Below, piece after piece: positions 61,201-64,000 of a DNA stretch of 64,000 nt. Position 1 is the stretch's first letter. Each line of letters opens with the position of its first letter. Made by a program: the position numbers and the translations under genes. The DNA is taken from contig CM102290.1 of NCBI GenBank assembly GCA_046563655.1, forward strand, positions 5,394,001-5,458,000, written 5' to 3'. The stretch is from Yuukianura sp. NJ FZ-2021 (Eukaryota). The notes beneath the pieces were generated by a model, which saw nothing but the letters and a program-made list of their open reading frames with translations, searched no databases and was not told where the DNA came from.

Positions 61201-63959
61201 AGGGGTCACTATGTTCACGTCCCAGTTCAGCTGAGACAGTACCATCAACTCCCAAGTCTGAAAATTCAAAATTGTGAAAGTTTTCAAAAAAAAATTCGAA
61301 ATTTTCCAAAAAAAAAAAATACTAAATTTTTGTATTTAAATTTGCTAGGGGTAAAAATGAATGAAGTGAAAGCGGAAGGAAGCTTTTTTTTCCTTAAAGG
61401 TTGAGTGATTCCTTGCGGATGAGCTAAGAAGTGTCCTGTGTCAAGGGTGAGTGGACTCAAGGGAGGGGCCCTTAATCGTCATAATCCTACGATATGATAT
61501 GCATATGTTAAGGGCCAAGGATGGACTTCCTTCCAGGACGATCCACTTCCTCTCGATACATTCTAAGCTAAAAGGGGGCCCTTAAGGAGCCCTTAGAAGG
61601 AAACCAGGTGTGCCGTCCTAATTAGCTTGATTTCCTCTTCATTTCGCTTCCAGTCCATCATTGCATGTCGACTCCCAACAACTCCGCAGTCATCACACCG
61701 TGACCTGTCTTCTTATAATCCGTCCATGGACGACAAACTCCCGTCCTTTTCCGTCCATGGACGACAAACCACCGTCCTTTTCCGTCCAGTGGACAGGTCA
61801 TGTGGACATGCGAAAAAAAACTCCTTTCACCTAACTTCTGAGACCATTGTCCTAGGTCTTCTCAGGCCGATTAGGGAAGATGTGAAGGTAAACTGTGTAC
61901 TGCGTGAAAGGGAGGGGGGCCCTTGGGAAATCCCTTGCAAGGGCCCCTTTTTCCCAACACTGTCAACTGGAACAACGACTTCAGACGGTACAAAAAACAG
62001 ATCCTATTCAGTTGAACTGATTTCAATTGATTCCGAATTCTAAGAGTAAACGTGGGAACCAAAAAATTAGTCCGAGATTTAGTCAACCCCCAGGAAAAAA
62101 AAAACTAAAATTCTCCGGGACTTTCTCAGGTCAAAACATTTTCAAAAAAATCTTAAAAACTAAATTTTGAAAAAAAGTCATTTTTTTTTGTTTTTGATGA
62201 ACATGTGGGTGAATTTGAAAGTTATGTTTTCGTGCTAGCGTTAACATTGAGTCTAATCTGATGATCTCCTCATCATATCCTGCTCCACTGACTCCATCCC
62301 CCTCCCCAAGAAAAGTGAGAGTTGTTCTTTGTTGTGTTTGAGAAAGTGAGAGAATCCGACGATTCGGATGTTTAGTCACTCTCAACTTCCGGTCAACGGC
62401 TCAACACACGAGACTTTAGTGGAATGAATGAAGGCGGATGACCCCATTACCTCATGACTCCGTTACCGTAAAACTTCTAAATAAATCCCCGGGCTGTATT
62501 CAAAATCTGCACTTTTACTGCCGGCGTTTAACTGAGACAGGCGTGTATTAGAAGTTTTAGGGTAACTTAACCTGTAGTAATCGTGGCCAGTGGACCGTGG
62601 CTATCACCCATCACAGCTCCACTGGAAATAAGTACTTCCAGGCAGCTGCTTCCTTCCAGGAATTGGACTCACACTCCATCTGTGTCTCTGTCCAAGTTCA
62701 TTACACTTGAAAACATCAATTACAACTCAGGTTGAGCATTCAGGAGCATGTAAACCTTTGTCTCCAATCAAAAATTACAAAAAAAAAGAGAGTAATTTTT
62801 CTTGGATTTGCAGGGAATAACTATTTTTTCTCAGTCTTTGACAGAGTGACTGTCTTTTTCGGTCTTCGGAGGGAGTAACTATGTTTTTCAGCCTTTTGGA
62901 AAAAGTAGCTACATTTTTTGGTTTTTGGAGGAAGTAACTATGTTTTTGAGTTTTTGGAGGGAGTAACTATGTTTTTCAGTTTTTGGAGGGAGTAACTATG
63001 TTTTTCAGTTTTTGGAGAGAGTAATTATGTTTTCCAGTTTTTGGAGGGAGAAACTATGTTTTTTGGATTTCGGAGGGAGTAACTGTCATCTTTGGTCTTT
63101 GGAGGGAGTAACTATTTTCCTTTGGCTAATTTCTTCCTTCCGACTGGGTGGAAATGCAGAAGATGAGGGGAATTGGGTGATGAATATCGCTGACGCATGC
63201 CAAGGAAAGAAGCGGAAAGTGTAATTGGGAAAAGGGTTCCCAGCACCACTTGCACTTTAAGTTACGCTACTTAAGTTAGAAACTAAAGTAGAATATAACT
63301 ACTCAAGAATTAGTAAATTTCAAAAACTGTTTTACCATGAGTGTTTGTAGTGAGACGCTGTTCTCCGTGTACCAAGACAGAAGTTGGAGAGAAAAGTGAC
63401 TTTCTTGTCTAGTTTTAGAAGCGAGCAGAAGACAAACGCAGGCGACGAGCTGCAATTGCTGGGCTTTAATTTTAGAACAGCCAAGAAACTGATCCAAAAT
63501 GGCCACTGACAGAGGAAACACAGTGTCCTCGCAACTCTGCTCCTCGCACACCTTCAAAATTCAAAATTTTAAAAAATTTTGAAAAAAACGTTAGTGTTTT
63601 TGTGCCTGGTTCTAAAAAGTGAAAGTGTGAAGAAGAAGGTGTGAAAGTGACAGTTGCTGTACCTCGAGCATCCACATGGAGACTACTTTCCTCATGTGAG
63701 GCAGAATGTGCTGGTTGGGTGGCTGGAAGTAGTCGTTTGGCTGTCTAGTTTCACGTTCCAGAACCTTGAGTTGCTCCAGCACTTGGGGATGGTGGAGCAC
63801 TGCTGGGTCAAAGTACGACTCAACCGAAGTTCCGCTCGATTCCGAGGATTCGTCAACCTCTTCCGACGATTCGTCAACCTCCTCCATCGGAGACTCCGAG
63901 CACAGCAACTCTGACAACACTCCCATTTCTTCTCTGTGCAAAGCCACTTCCGGTTGCAT
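58272..63959 (-). CDS. CycD: G1/S-specific cyclin D (4 exons)
   Basis: LxCxE (LLCSE), PHMRKVVSMWMLE|VCEEQ, LQLVACVCLLLASK, WELMVLSQLNWD..VTPTDF, C-terminal TPSDLQDI degron. Start is ATG 63959 or 63926. Confidence 0.95.
58680..58890. repeat. Intronic inverted repeat (MITE-like) with two TGACGTCA sites
   Basis: TAGAAATTATAGAATTTAT / ATAAATTCTATAATTTCTA arms. Confidence 0.6.
62860..63115. repeat. Intronic minisatellite, ~29-30-bp unit (GGAGGGAGTAACTATGTTTTTCAGTTTTT)
   Basis: About 8 degenerate copies; a single copy also lies at ~39700. Confidence 0.85.
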
Positions 63960-64000
63960 TTTCACTTGGCCTTTGACACTTTTTATACTTGACCTTTGAC

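Overview
Eukaryotic, gene-dense, AT-rich genomic DNA with many short GT-AG introns (mostly ~55-120 nt). The gene content is arthropod-like; a springtail-like hexapod is my inference, not something the sequence proves. There are no prokaryotic features, CRISPR arrays or recognisable rRNA/tRNA genes. About 15 protein-coding genes were reconstructed by hand: spindle-E/TDRD9 (runs off the left edge), COQ4, WDR47 (WD40 part only), an orphan 3-exon gene, an NGxQ-repeat C2H2 protein, PHPT1/janus-A, a divergent MAD1-like gene, WDR46, TBC1D1/4 (pollux-like), CNDP2, an F-box/LRR-like gene, alpha-L-fucosidase, ALKBH8, a two-finger C2H2 gene, an MGA-domain (ocm-like) gene and cyclin D. Several MITEs and minisatellites lie in introns. 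Best leads: (1) a duplicated, probably mutually exclusive exon in CNDP2, absent from the ORF track, that swaps active-site-lining residues; (2) a MAD1-like paralogue lacking the RLK motif, flanked by two copies of the same upstream sequence; (3) WDR47 with two alternative N-terminal exons and a 9-nt microexon; (4) Pol II CTD-like YTPSSP motifs in the Spn-E N-terminus; (5) over-represented AGGTCAAAGGTCA and AAGGGNCCCTT motifs. All exon boundaries were read by eye and need RNA-seq confirmation.
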